Assembly (NCBI RefSeq): GCF_000497125.1
Contig: NC_090598.1
Location: 1,178,001-1,242,000 of the forward strand
DNA length: 64,000 nucleotides
Source of the DNA: Spironucleus salmonicida
Taxonomy: Eukaryota
Reading direction: 5' to 3'
In this document: positions 62,132 through 64,000 of the stretch, piece by piece
Numbering within the stretch: the stretch's first letter is position 1
Layout of the letters: each line of letters begins with the position of its first letter
Made by a program: the position numbers and the translations under genes
The notes under the pieces: generated by a model
Told to the model about the DNA's origin: nothing
Database searches by the model: none
Seen by the model: the letters and a program-made list of their open reading frames with translations, nothing else

Positions 62132-64000
62132 TCACCCCATTAAATCTTAAAATCCTGGAATTTAACTAATTCCTTTACAATTTCTAATTGCTTCTTAGCA
62201 TTACTCAAAAACTATATTTTATAGATCTTTGTCGATTTCAATCTTTCCGAAAATTATTAATATACAAAATAAACATCCAACACCAACCGTTTAAAAGCCT
62301 AGTAATTCATTATCGATAGACTTCATATAGACATTGACTTACTATACAAATGAACAAATACATGCTCCTAACTCACCTGAAATATTATTTTTAATTAAAT
62401 TAAGTTTATCTAATTTTTTAGATAGACATAATAAGCATAAAATACTAGGATTATTGAAAGGTCTAAAGTCTACTATGTTAAAGACTTTTGTTAGATTTTA
62501 CAGGCTATAAATAATATTTTTAATTATTTCTTTCCCTTTTACATCTTTTTTAGACTCAGATAAATCTTGCACATATATGTAAAATAACTACTCTACTGCG
62601 ATAATTATATCTAGTAAGCCAGCAATAACTTTCATGTTAACTGAAAATAGCATGTTTTATTTAATGTCACTTATAAGATTGATAACAGCAGGTTTAAGCT
62701 AATCTGGAAAATGGTCAAAAGAACAAAAAATACCTATTATTAAGAGTCCACGAAGCTTCAAATGTATTGGATTTTAAGAATTTTACTTGAAGATATTCAA
62801 TGATTATTATATAATTTGTTAATCAAAAGAAATAAATTAATGAATTGAAGGTAGTTAACCTGTTAATTACTTAATAAGATCAAATAGTTCCGTGTCATGT
62901 TCGTTTTATTCTGAAAAATCAATTAAAAATAATATTGAAAATTCTCCATAATTTTTTATTTTTAATCTTCGTATTTTTGACATTTAAGTAAAAGAAGACA
63001 TAGCTGATGATGATTCCTAATTGAACTAATTAGAGTGATTTTATGGAGGTATTGAAGTAAAAATAGTATTGTTTAAAGGCAAATATGGTGGATTTTATGA
63101 AGACTAAAGTTAAATTAGCGGAGTTTATTTAATCTTAGTCTACAAATCTTAAATTTAAGGATCATTAAGAGAAATCGGCAATGAAATATTAGATGAATTT
63201 AGAGGATGATCCTGTGATAAATCCTAAAATTCTTAAAAGTCTGTTTAAGCTAAATTTTACTGAACTGTAGATTGTAAAGAATCTTTAAGTATTTTGGTTT
63301 TTAAAATGGACTGGCTGACTTCTGGTGGTTAAACAATTGGAATTTGAATATTTTATTATTTCAGTGGACTAAAATTTAGAGATTTATTAATATTTTGTTA
63401 TTATTATTCTTTCAAGACTTCTAAAATTTAATCTTTTAGTCCTATTTTCACTTACTTTATTTATAATGGTGAAAGAAGTAATTTTGTATCTTATTTAATA
63501 GTTTTTTCAAATAAATTATCTACTAAAGAATCTACATTTTATAGTTCATCAAATAATGAATCTTTTTATGAACGCAGTTAAAATTTATCAAGACTTTAAT
63601 TTTTAGTATTTGGTTAAGGAGTAGGGGTAGATAATTAATCTGTATCCTCATTAAAAAGAGATGAATGCAGTAATTTTTACGATTGTTGCTATTGTTATTT
63701 ACTTGAAGTATATTTAAGTTACCCATCCTATGTTTTCATTATATTTTTTTATCTAGGAGGCTAAATTACTTCAATATTTGGTATATAAGAATCTTCTATG
63801 AATTATTAAATTTTTTATGTTTCCCCAAGTTAAGATTTTCGTATTTGCTCATTTTTAATATAAGTTAGTTCTTTAATTAATTTTTTATTTAATTATAGGT
63901 TTGCAATCTTACTTCTTTGAAGCTAAAAATCCTAAGATTATTTTAATTATAAAATTTCGTTTTACAAGTCTTATCTTTTTAATTATTCTTCTTTCAACTT
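62132..64000 (-). CDS. Gln-rich hypothetical protein, 3' part (start beyond window)
   Basis: Minus-strand frame ending ...IPGFQDLMG-TGA; upstream part is dense in TAA/TAG/CAA (Gln) codons. Confidence 0.6.

Noticed and set aside
1-64000. Pseudogenes, spliceosomal introns, tRNA/rRNA genes, CRISPR arrays, transposases
   Set aside because: Apparent premature stops are Gln codons; no gene needed an intron; no RNA-gene, repeat-spacer or DDE/RT signatures were recognised by eye.

Overview
Gene-dense, AT-rich, apparently intron-less eukaryotic DNA in which TAA/TAG encode Gln and TGA is the only stop (translation table 6). The supplied standard-code ORF track is therefore fragmented and often antisense. 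The code, a PFOR gene, a Cys-rich membrane protein, Myb genes, very short intergenic gaps and stop codons embedded in an AGTGA motif point to a hexamitid diplomonad, probably Spironucleus (inference). Re-translating by hand with table 6 gives about 43 CDSs. Recognisable ones are RPS9, SURF6, NOP16-like, Bet5/TRAPPC1, an Aquarius-like helicase, two R2R3 Mybs, IFT121/WDR35, prefoldin 3, PFOR, ZMYND12, proteasome beta-7, a HAD hydrolase, CEP164-like, JHY-like and a TM2 protein. The most unusual elements are: (1) two paralogous, unrecognised type II membrane proteins with a cytoplasmic C-x2-C-x14-C-x-C zinc ribbon and a long extracellular beta-solenoid-like region (39263-41167 and 60318-62084); (2) a 487-bp near-identical inverted duplication carrying a 37-aa uORF whose stop overlaps the ATG of a 111-aa orphan gene, flanking a 7.3-kb block; (3) divergent profilin-like and UFM1-like genes. 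All homology calls are by-eye motif recognition and need HMM or structure confirmation. Long ORFs were checked for frame consistency at several points, not at every codon.
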